Source: Polymyxa betae A26-41
Taxonomy: Eukaryota > Protista > Endomyxa: Phytomyxea
Assembly: GCA_003693705.1 (NCBI GenBank)
Contig: RBZT01000816.1
Coordinates: 1 to 50,127, forward strand
DNA length: 50,127 nucleotides
Direction of reading: 5' to 3'
The translations under genes and the position numbers were made by a program. A model generated the notes under the pieces. That model saw only the letters and a program-made list of their open reading frames with translations, had not been told where the DNA came from and did no database searches. This document shows positions 11,778 to 22,340 of this stretch, one piece after another. How positions within the stretch are numbered: position 1 is the first letter of the stretch; each line of letters opens with the position of its first letter.

Positions 11778-12751
11778 GAAATCGTCGACGAATCTGATCG
11801 GTCAACGACTCCGTGACGGACGCCGACGCCATTCTGTCTTCAGAAGAGCTTTAAGGTGGAAGAAGCTCCGAATATTACTTAGTACGAGCTGCTGCTCTCG
11901 CAGAGCGTTTTACAGAAGTTGCAATACGGTTGAAAACATAAACTGACTATTCATTTCGATTGCGATCGTTTCTGATTCGGTCCAGCTTCAAGCGTTTGCC
12001 ATTTCGGGGAACAGATACTGAACATCCCATTCTGCTGCTGCATCCGTGCACACCGTTGTTTTCGGAGAAAGTCGGGCCGATGAGCGGTAAGGGCTCGAGC
12101 TCCATCACGATGTTGATTACAGCCAAGAATCTGGCCGCGATATTAGCTATGCTCTTTCTTTCTCTCTCTCTCAATGCTGTTCTGGATTTCTGATATGTTC
12201 CGATTTGATATTCTGTTTTACTGCTGTCATTGCCAACCTGATCGAATTGTGTTCTTCTGATAGGTGAATATTCCACATTGGAAATGTTTGGCGAAGTTTT
12301 CCCAGACTCCCTCATAATAGGAATATCACAACTTTCGTTGGTGCTTTCATAAAGGCTCGACGATTTAAGAGCAGTTTAGATGGAATCTGTGTCTGATCTG
12401 CTGTGTTTTAGCTCGTTGGGGATCATCTGCTGCCTTGATTGCCTGAATATAGTGTTTTCCAATCAGAGTTAAATAAGTGAAATAAGTATTAGCGATCTGT
12501 TACAGTTGGACTTGAAGGCACTGGAAATTGACTTCAATCCGTTGGCAAAAAGTCAATTTGTGATAAGAAAAAGTGCGCATCTTTTTAAAATTTCATCGAA
12601 TCTGCCTGAAGCTCACAAGCCTTATGTGTGGAGCAGCCTCCTTACTGGCGACGTGACCAGGCGATGTTGGTGCGGAGGCGCGGACTTCTGCGATCGGCTC
12701 TCTCTCCTTCATCAGAATCGATCGCTGCCCTATTTGTTGTCGTGGAAAACT

Positions 12752-13518
12752 ATGTCCATCGTCCAGAGCGCCACCAAGCAGTTCGAGGCCGTTAAGGCCG
12801 ACGGTATTGCGACTTACAAGTCGCTCGATGCATGCCTCAGCAAAGTCGATCTGCTGAAGAAGATCGAGGGTCAGACTAAGGTTAAGCCGATCCATGCTGT
12901 GAGCGGGATCGCTGTCTCCTCGGTCCTGTTCCTGCTGTTCGGCTTCGGAGCTAACGCGCTAACGTCGGTTTGACGACCCCGTTTGACTCAATGGATCTGA
13001 TTATGCATACAGTAACCTGGTAGGATTCATCTACCCTCTGTATGCTAGTTTCACAGCCTTGAAGTCTCCGTCCAGTGAAGACGACACGTAAGTTCTTTTA
13101 TTTATTTTTCTAGGTGTGTTCTTCCTACCCTGAAATTCTAACGAGAATAGTCTATTCCTGTCCGACTTTGCTCTTATGATGCGTTTTTCTTAGAATAAGT
13201 TTGCTTTGCTGTGATTGTTTTCTTTGTTTGCTATGTTTCTCATTGATTGTCGTGCTCAGGTTCTGGCTGACGTACTGGGTCGTCTATTCTTTCTTTGGAC
13301 TGGTTGAATCATTCATGGACATGACTATGGGATGGGTTCCCTTCTACCATCTCTGCAAGCTTGCCTTCTTGGTCTGGTCCTTTCTTCCCCAGACCAAGGG
13401 TGCTCAGTTAATCTTCACTATGGTCGTTGATCCAGTCATGGCTCACATCCCCGCCTGCTGTGGAGGAGTTAACCTGAACGTACAGCGTTCCACCGCTTCC
13501 ACCAAGAAAGTCGAATAA
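12752..13518 (+). CDS. YOP1: YOP1/REEP5 (TB2/DP1/HVA22) ER-shaping protein (3 exons)
   Basis: NLVGFIYPLYASF.AL.S...DDT, WLTYWVVYSFF...E, PFY...KLAFLVW..LPQTKGAQ. Confidence 0.92.
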
Positions 13519-13626
13519 ATGATCCCGTGATCAGACTGCATTTCGGATTTTAATTGCATAAGTTCGAATAAACCACGTTTAACCTAAAATAGGATCTGTT
13601 TTCTGGTTATTCTGGCAAGCCATTAC

Positions 13627-15938
13627 TCATTTTCTAGCGCAAATCTCCTTTAAGCCATCAGGCTAGCTAAACATAGCAGATAACAGCAGGTTAAAAGGCA
13701 GACTTAATCATTTTATCTATAGGCAAAAGACAAGTTCGTACCTTCTGTTTCGCCTTTTCATCAAAAATTCTTTGATTATTTGCAAGCAGTTTGGAGATAA
13801 CCGAACCGGGTTCGTCATCACTGATCTAAGAGTTAGTATGGCATGTCGTAGTGAAGACAATCGTACCAGGAAACTTCAGGCAGAATCACTTTGAATCCGG
13901 TTTTTTGTGCTCTCTGAAGTTCAAGGTTCTGTTGTTTGTTAACGCTTTCTGTTCGATTTAGCTTGGAGATAGGCTCTGTCAAGCGATCGTGAAAAGAAGC
14001 CTTGGGTTTCTGACCGTGCTCTGGAACAACAATAGCGAACAAGTCCCGGAGCATTTTACTCTTGACCTGCAAACAGATCAGATGACCAGGAATTTCTATT
14101 AAAGCCTCACAACGAACATTGTGATCAAGTGGAGTATCAGATTTTAAGCTTGGATTTCGGTTAATTTCAATCAGCCATGGTTTCAAATCTTGATCGAGTA
14201 AAACATCGAATCCAAGCAACTGAAATGATAATGCCCCGTTGCTGTGAGAGCAAGGTTCAACACAGTTAAGAGCAAGTTGATAGACAGATACTTAGGAGTT
14301 GGATAGTTGGCACGATATTGATGTCGAAGATGTGCAGATCCTGATATAACAGCTTTGGCGACGACCTGGTGGATGTCTGGCCATATCGCAGCAGCGTCAG
14401 CGTCGTCATTGCTAGCTTCAAGCCCTAGATGCTCTGTCATTGCAATGTATCAAGAACACCAAGAAGGAGCTTGAACTGATTCAATAAAGGCAAACGACGC
14501 CAAGGATAGTCGTGAATAATACTCACATTTAAAAAACGATTTCAGAGTCCACTTGTTACCAGAGTCAGTTTTCTTTTCGTCTTGGTTGAACTGGTAGGCA
14601 TCACTGCTCTTGTTGATAGCGTAGTTCGTCAAATGCATAAACGAACGGGATAAATTGCAGGCATCAGGCGCACTATAGACAACCGCACTAAGACTGAAGA
14701 TAGAATGACCAAAACCTTCCATACCTGTATGATTCAGTGCAAAGCCTAACAAGGCCATCATCATACACAAACACACGAAGTGGATCGACGGACGTTATCA
14801 GAACATACAATCTTAAATCGAATTTAAACCCATTAATCAGATAGGGCCGATCCAAATATAACTGGCAGACCTATAAAACTACAATCAGCAACTAAGCTTG
14901 CCTGAGATGACTCAGAATATGCATGAAATAGGCGAACACCAAAGCTTAAACAGATAAATAAATGCTTACCTGATTTTCGTGACGATCAATATCGGCAGAA
15001 TTCGAGGTCAAGAAAATCCCTCTCCCTTGACATCGTCCATCAGGCTTGACGATGACAACCGACTTTGGATTCTTCTCCAAATACTTCACCAGAAACGGGT
15101 ATTCCTCTGGCAGCAACCAGGTTTGGGGGAATATGTCGTATTCTTGAGGGCAAATAGCCCGCATAGCATTCAAATTTCGACACAGATTCTTTTTCCTGGA
15201 CAGCTGCTCCATTCCCTTGTAAAGATAATGAGAAAATCATTGCCGGTGAGAACTAGAGGCAATACAGGTGTCTGGCTGACGCGCTGGTGAGATCGAATCT
15301 GACGGTAGAAGTTCAGGTCGGCGGATTCGATCCAGCCGATGTCAAACGGAGGCCTACAAATCGCAGCTGTTAGTGCCTTGCCATTGGAAATTAGAGAAAT
15401 CATGAAATTAAAGCGCAGAAAACTGAAGATGCACCTAGAGAACAAGATTGAAAAGCAGCAAACAAGAAAGCTAATGCAAAGGCTCAACTCAGAAATACAA
15501 TCTCCCAACACAAAACCAAGAGCTGGCACTTTTGATCGACAGCCTTTACAAACAATAATGAAAACCTAATGTTGACAATTCTTTGGCAAATATTTAGCTT
15601 TAATGATGACACCTTTAGTTAACAGCTGAAAATAACGATGAGTCTTAAAACTAAGGAATTCAGATACCAAACATCATCCAGCAAAAAAGACACGACAAAG
15701 CGAAAGCGAAAATATTAAAAGTTAATAAGTACAAGAGCACGATATAAATCAGAGTGGAAGACGAAATAACAAGAGCTGCTTACAGCTGAGACTGAGCTTT
15801 GCATTTGTTAACACGCCTCCATTTAAATGATTTTACAGTTTCATGGACAACTGCTTGCCGCGATACAAGGTAGATCTTTCGTGGTCTAGCAGCTTCCCCA
15901 TGGAGGAATTTCGTATCCAGATCATCGGAAGATGACAT
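13627..15938 (-). CDS. Tubulin-tyrosine-ligase-like polyglutamylase (TTLL6/13-like), multi-exon; ends approximate
   Basis: [88 protein letters not shown]. Confidence 0.9.
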
Positions 15939-16517
15939 TCCCTGAATCGCTGTGCCTTTCCAGTAATGCACCGACGAACGACGATCCAAGAGGTGTGACG
16001 ATCCAAGCAATTAGAATCGTGAATGGATTGATGATGGCAGCACCCTTGAATGAAGAATAGAAGGTGGTGGGATTCATTATGACGCCGCCTTCCATGAAAC
16101 GTTTCTCATGTCGATGGCCAAGCGTTGACCCTGTATGCAGGATGGGAACGGTTGAATTCAAAGAGGCCGTTTTTAAGGTCCGGGGGGCACATTTAGGCCA
16201 AGAAAGTAAAGATCAGTATGAGGTCAAGAGAATAAGGATTCAGTATGTTGTGTTTTGCATAGAATAACTACGACAGTACGGTTTCATTGCAGTAAACTAT
16301 GGGATTGTTCCATGTCAACAATAAAGCAAAAGCAGATTCTTTCTGAGAGCGTGGCGAGTAACGAACACTATCAGGGCACCCGAGCAACTGAAATTAAAGC
16401 TACATCTTCCTGACCCTTAACAAGCGTCTGACCGACCTCATCTGTATTTCATAGAAAAAATCGATTTAAAGTTGCGAAAATGCGTAGCTATCAGCCACAT
16501 TTTTATCGTCGCTGACG

Positions 16518-18303
16518 ATGGGGGTGATCACACTTCGAGTGTCGATTTCAGACGCAGGCAGCGATAATGCTGATGAGTCTGCCTGCGGTTACTTGCGGTT
16601 TAAGACAGTAACCGGGTCGTTGACAGGTTCTCTCGCCGCCATAACCAGTTTGCACCATCTAATGTTGTCGCAGATGATGAATGGCAGGCATTCGCTGAGC
16701 AGCTACCCAACCTCAAAATTGAATGTATTGCACATCGAAAATCCATTCGGTTCCAGTCTATCAAGGTATGCAATTGTTGTTTCTCGACTCTATGGGTTCA
16801 CTGCATTTCTTTTGGCTTTTTGTATAATGGTGCTGTCACTTGCGGAATCAAACCTCAATTTGTGTAGTGATCACATTTAACTTTATGCTGTTCGCAATAG
16901 TGCGCCTGGTTTGGGTTTGAGAGGAAAATTTTTGACACTTATTGTTCTAACTTGTTTTACTTAGAAAAACTGGGATGTCAAAGTAACGGGAACCGCCAGG
17001 TTTGGATCGCTCAAAGTCACTCCGGCCAAAAGGGGATATATTCTGTTTGAAATCGTCCTTGACGATGACGAGCATGAGGGTATTGTTGCCGAACTTTCTA
17101 GTGGAGACGAAGTTCTTAAACAGCTTGCTGAATCTGTTAACTGGAGAACTATGAACCCGTCCCTGCCTCTCAGAATCGAATCCTGGTAATCACAAAGTCT
17201 TATCGACACTATTGTTGCATTAATGATAATATCAGCTCGTATGACACGCTGGATGGCACTGATTTTGCATCTGAAGAGAGTGATGATGAGCCACAGGATA
17301 CATCCGAGCCCGTGGTTGCCCCTTCTGCAACATCACAGGAGCATCAGAAACGGCTATTCGATCTTCGGATGAAGATGAACCAGGCTCGAGCTTTGAATAG
17401 GAAGCAGATTCAAGAGGAGGAGGCCAGGTTGACGGAGACACCAGCTCAACGAAAGAAACGTCTGGAGCGGGAGTATCGAAAACGTCAACAGGAAGAGAGG
17501 GAGCAGCATCCTTTAACGGTATGTGGCTGGTTCTTTCATATTATTGCTGTCATTTTCTATTTAATATCATTATGGTTTGCTCAAATAACGTTGGTACAGA
17601 AAGAGGATAAAGAACAGCAGCTTCTGCATGAGACAGCTGAATCAGTTGAGGCACAGCGTGTTCGCGAAAACAACAAGAATCCGGCTGCGTTTGGATGGGA
17701 TGGTAACTGAAAATTCTATCAGCTTGTGTTTTGTTTTCTTCCTCCATTTGTTTATCTACTTTTTTCATTGTTGTATAACTCTGTTTTCTTATCATTGTTG
17801 TAGTATTCAATCAAGATGCGTTGTATCGAGCTTACAAGAAGCGTACGAAAAACATTCCTGTTGGTGCCGAAATCGATATTGTTGATGCCGAAGATGCTGC
17901 TTTGAACTACGGTCTAACCCCAAGACCATCTAATGTACGCTCCGATCGTTCTCCTGAATCTTTCATCTCATTGTTTGGTTATGTTTTCCTTTTCGGCTTC
18001 TGGTTCTTTTACTCCCGAGGTTTTGAGCTTGATGATTTGTGGTCGTTAGTTTGCTGCTTTCTCTGCATTTTTTGGCGTCACTCTAATATGGCCGGTGGTT
18101 AGGCTGCAATCGACAACATGGTAGCAGAGTTAACAGCTACACACGAAAGACGTTCGAAGTTCAGCCGTCGTCGACAGTTTTATGAAGACGAGACTGTCAG
18201 CTATATCAACGAGCGCAACAGGGTGTTCAACAAAAAGGTTGCCAGGTTCTTCGATCCTTATACACAAGAGCTTAAGGCAAATATCGAAAAGGGTACCGGA
18301 TAA
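16518..18303 (+). CDS. SYF2: Pre-mRNA splicing factor SYF2 with an N-terminal degenerate cyclophilin-like domain
   Basis: SYF2 motifs RLFDLRMKMNQAR.LN, FGWDVFNQDALYRAYKKR, FSRRR...VSYINERNRVFNKKVARFFDPYTQE.KANIEKG. Upstream exons (introns 16627-16673, 16766-16964, ~17186-17235) join in frame from ATG 16518. Confidence 0.85.
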
Positions 18304-18362
18304 TTTACTGTACTTAAACATAATATTCTGACCATTTTTGTTTTTGGGATTTTCTGCTTTAT

Positions 18363-18442
18363 GGTACTGGAACTCGACTCTCGGTACTCGAACTCGACTG
18401 TCGGTACTCATACTTGACTGTCGGTACTCGTACTTGATTCTC
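18363..18442. repeat. Tandem repeat, 4 x 20 bp (GGTACTCGAACTCGACTGTC consensus)
   Basis: Units start at 18363, 18383, 18403 and 18423, with no spacers. Confidence 0.85.
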
Positions 18443-19151
18443 ACAACTGATGGCGTCCGCTCGTCCTGGGCTATCAGCAGTTCCACGTACCCTCAAGTTA
18501 GTCAACACCCTTTGATTGGATCCTGCGAAGTACGTTGCCGCCTCCAATGGGATTTGATCATCTCTTTCCTTTGATTAGAAATGCACTACAGCTTGGGCAG
18601 TATCCGCTATCCAGTTCTGCGAATCACAAACATGCTCCCTCAAACAACTCATTCTGCTTCCTTGGGCTCCATGATTTCACCCAGGAACTCCCAAATACTT
18701 CAAGCTATAAATTGCATTGGCTCGATGTTTTTGCAGCTGATCATATCTCTTGCTGAACTCAACAATGTTTCAGAACTAAGGCTATTGGATAACCCACGAA
18801 CTGACACCGAAATCGAAACACAGCAGTATTACGATCGATTGAAGTGTTTCGATTTGCCAACAAATCTTTGGTTGAAAACGCCATTTACGCAGACCATTTC
18901 CTGTTAGTTACAGTAACATATCCATCATGCTTCATCGATCAGGCTCTTCAGGACCGGGTTCTCTAACCTCAATGATGTGAACGCCAGCCAAGCCGACTCA
19001 ATATGAAGAACATACCATAGACCCAGGTCTAGCTGCGAAAGGAGATCCATTTCTACCAGTCGATCTCGATCTGGTCACCAAATCATTTTCTGAAAAGAAA
19101 CAACCTGGTACCCTTGGTCCAGGTCTTGGTTCGGACAGCGTCCGCAGCTCC

Positions 19152-21796
19152 ATGATCGTCGACGATGCTCGCTATTCTGGCCCATCCGCATCGCTCTATA
19201 CGCTGAGCGACGCCTCGACCGAGTTGCCAACCCCGACGCTCTATCAGCTGGCTTTGAATTCGCCCCGTCTCACCAATACATTGCTGGTCGCCATCGCCAT
19301 CTGTGGCGTCACGGCCGGCGTGATCGTCAGTGTCGTACTGGTCGAGGCGGGATCCCGGTCTCAAGAAGAATCCGACCAGGTCCTATGTGACATCCGTGGT
19401 CGCCAGCTGGCCAGGACGGTTAACGATTCTGCCTCGTTACTGTATGCGGTCGCCATGACGCTGCAAGATACAAACGATACGGCGGCGTTTCGCTGGGCGC
19501 TCAATATCTCATTGGCGGCCGGGTTTCCGACCGCAGCTGTTACAGCCTCGGTCCGAAACGGGATCGACGGCTCTGTTACGTATCCGTTATTGGCGTCGGC
19601 GAACAACAACGACCGGATCGGTGTCGATCTACGTCTGGGCGCGAACAGCACCAGCGCTGCACTCCTATCTATCAATGGTGAGCACTCGCCCATACAATCT
19701 CGACCCATGACGAAATGTGACTATAACGTTAGGACAGGTACGGAGACAGTCCGCGCCTGTATAGCGATCACGGTCGTCGCACGAGGAGCCAAATGCATCA
19801 TCGTCGCTCCGATCTGCGTCCGCGATGCCGTGGGCCAGTACGCCGCCGCCGACGTGCCCGGCGCCGATATCGTCACGGTCGCCGACGATGGTGGCAGAAT
19901 CCTGGCGGACGCGGGCCCAGCGTCGTTCGCAGCGCGAACGTCGACGTCGGTGTCTGTGCTGGACCGGACCTGGGTCGTGCACTGCACAGCGCCGACGCCG
20001 GAAGCCTCCGCGCTTCCAGTACCGCTTCATGTACTAGTTGGCGCCCTGGTGGCCGGTGCCGTACTGGCCCTGGACATGATGCTGGGCGTGCACTTTTCGC
20101 AAATGCGGACGACGAACGACTGCTGGAATAAGAAGGCGGTGGAGCTGCGGCAACAGAACCAGGAGATGACGATGGCCGAAGGTCACCGCATCCTGTTCGT
20201 TGAGCTGCTCTGTCGGCGCCTGCAGACCATGTCCAAGGCCATCGAACAGCTGACGTCGTTCTCATTGCAGCCGGCTGCCGGTGAACGACTGAGCCGAGAT
20301 CAACGATCCAGTCTGAAACTCATGGAGCAGCATGTCAATCTCATCAACTCGATCTGCGATCAGTTCTGTAACGTTGAATCGGGTTTACGTTTCCATTATC
20401 TGTTTACGTTTCCATTATCGTTTTATTTTTCCATTATCGTTTTACGTTTCCGTTATCGGGTTTACGTTTCTATTGTCGTTTTACGTTTCCGTCTCCATTT
20501 AAGTCAAGTGACTGCTGTTTACGCGCATCTGTTTCGGGGTCAATCAGCTCCCAGTTAACGTCAACACCGAGTGCTTCGTTACTGATGATAATGTTACAGA
20601 GTGCTGGACTTAACCAATATCGACGGTGGTCGATTCCGACTCGATCATAAGCCCTTCTCGATGCGTGCCATCTTCGACCGTTTGGAGAAACGAATGCGCC
20701 CTATTGCTGAATCGAAAGGGCTTCGGTTCGTGGTTGCCGCTGATACCACCCTCCCAACGACAGCGATTGGTGATGAACGACGTATTGATCAGATCTTGTT
20801 CAATGCTGTATCAAATGCGATCAAGTTCACCGAGAACGGTGGCGTCACGGTCACCGCAAGATCCATCAGTAACAGAATCGATCACGATACCAGCACACAG
20901 TATATCACCATTGAGTTTGCGGTTACAGATACAGGTAACGTGACTTTCCTGAAACCCTAAAACCCTAACCACAGTTCAATTCCAGGCCTGGGGTTTTCGT
21001 CCACGACGATCGATACGTTGATGAACGTCAGCGACGATTTCATGGCAACTGGTGAGGTCGGTCTCGGGTTCATCACCATGAAGAAGCTCTGCGCCCTGAT
21101 GGGCGGTAACGTGACCATCGAATCGGACGCCGGCACATCGTCCCGGGTCCGCCTCCGATTCGTGGTCGTGTACGGTCGCGCCTGTCTCGATTTCGAACTG
21201 GCTCTGCCGACGTCGGGAAAGACGTCGCCTCGCTCCACAATCACGACGGCGTCCGGAAAGGCCGCCATCGAAATCCTGCTCGCTGAGGATAACATGACCA
21301 GCGCCAAGATCGCCCAGCGCATGCTGGAGAACGTAAACAGTGTCGGTGTAACGTTAGTCCAGGACGGGGTCGACGCTCTCGCGGCTGTTGGTATTCCGGA
21401 CCCAAGCACGAAGGTCGCCGAGTTCGCTCTCATTCTCATGGATATCAGTCTTCCCAAACTGGTAACGTTACATTTTACGTTTCTGTGGAACGTTGACAAT
21501 CGGTGCAGGATGGTAACGAAGCGGCTCGTCGTATCCGTGCCGCTGGAATGACGTTACCAGTCATTGGTATGACGGCGTCATCACTACCACATCAACATCG
21601 CGAAAGCTTAAGAGCTGGAATGGACGATATTCTATTAAAACCATTCTCAAGACAACAACTGTTACAGATGATTCGATCCTATGGTAGGATCATCATAGAA
21701 GATGATACTCTTACTAGTCCTGGAGATCAATCAACAAGAACACAACCTGCTCTATGTCCTACGCCGCAGAAGATTCCTCTCCATCTCAGCTTCTAA
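19152..21796 (+). CDS. Membrane hybrid histidine-kinase-like receptor 1: TM-CHASE-TM-HisKA(His lost)-HATPase-REC (4 exons)
   Basis: Two TM helices flank a CHASE-like segment. GDERRIDQILFNAVSNAIKFT (N box), VTDTGLG (G1), GLGF..MKKLCALMGG (G2), ILLAEDN..LILMDISLP.LDG..MTA..KPF (REC). Introns 20363-20599, 20935-20985, 21462-21508. Confidence 0.9.
20383..20491. repeat. Intronic minisatellite, ~6 x 19 bp (GTTTACGTTTCCATTATCG)
   Basis: Imperfect tandem copies inside intron 1 of receptor 1. Confidence 0.75.
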
Positions 21797-22340
21797 CATG
21801 GTCCAGCAATCATGATTTCCGACACCCTCAGCGTGTGACCTCCGCCTACCAACATCAACGCCGTTCAGGGAACGCTACTTTGTTGTGCAAGATGATCGTG
21901 ACGGGAATCTTCAACGATGGACAATTTGCTGTAAAGTAACACAGCTGAGAGCGGGAGACAGGACAGTCAAGGGAGTCCGGGAGGCCGGGAACATGGATTG
22001 GTCAACACACAGCCGATAATTAGTCATACAGCATCTACATAAACACGCCCAATGATCCACGGTCTAGCTGCGGACAGAACCGGGGGTCGGTACGCCCTTC
22101 ACACTCGACCGACTGTCAGGTACCTAACAAAGCGATCGATGGAAATGGCGCCTGGATCAAATCGATCCGTAGCTGGGACCGTACCGGCCCGTTGGCTCCA
22201 GCGTCGGTCGGAATCGTGCAGCCTCCCTGTCCCTCTCGGGTCGGGTTTTACGTTTCACCGATTAGATCCTCCTGGACCTGCTGGCACGGACTTATTGCAA
22301 TAGGGCGGATTAAGCACGCGCAACCTTTCATGTCATCTCG

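Noticed and set aside
11947-12315. 122-aa ORF between METTL6 and YOP1
   Set aside because: No recognisable motif or splice support, and it includes a CT microsatellite.
18363-18442. 20-bp repeats as a CRISPR array
   Set aside because: Units are contiguous with no unique spacers, there are no cas genes, and the context is eukaryotic.
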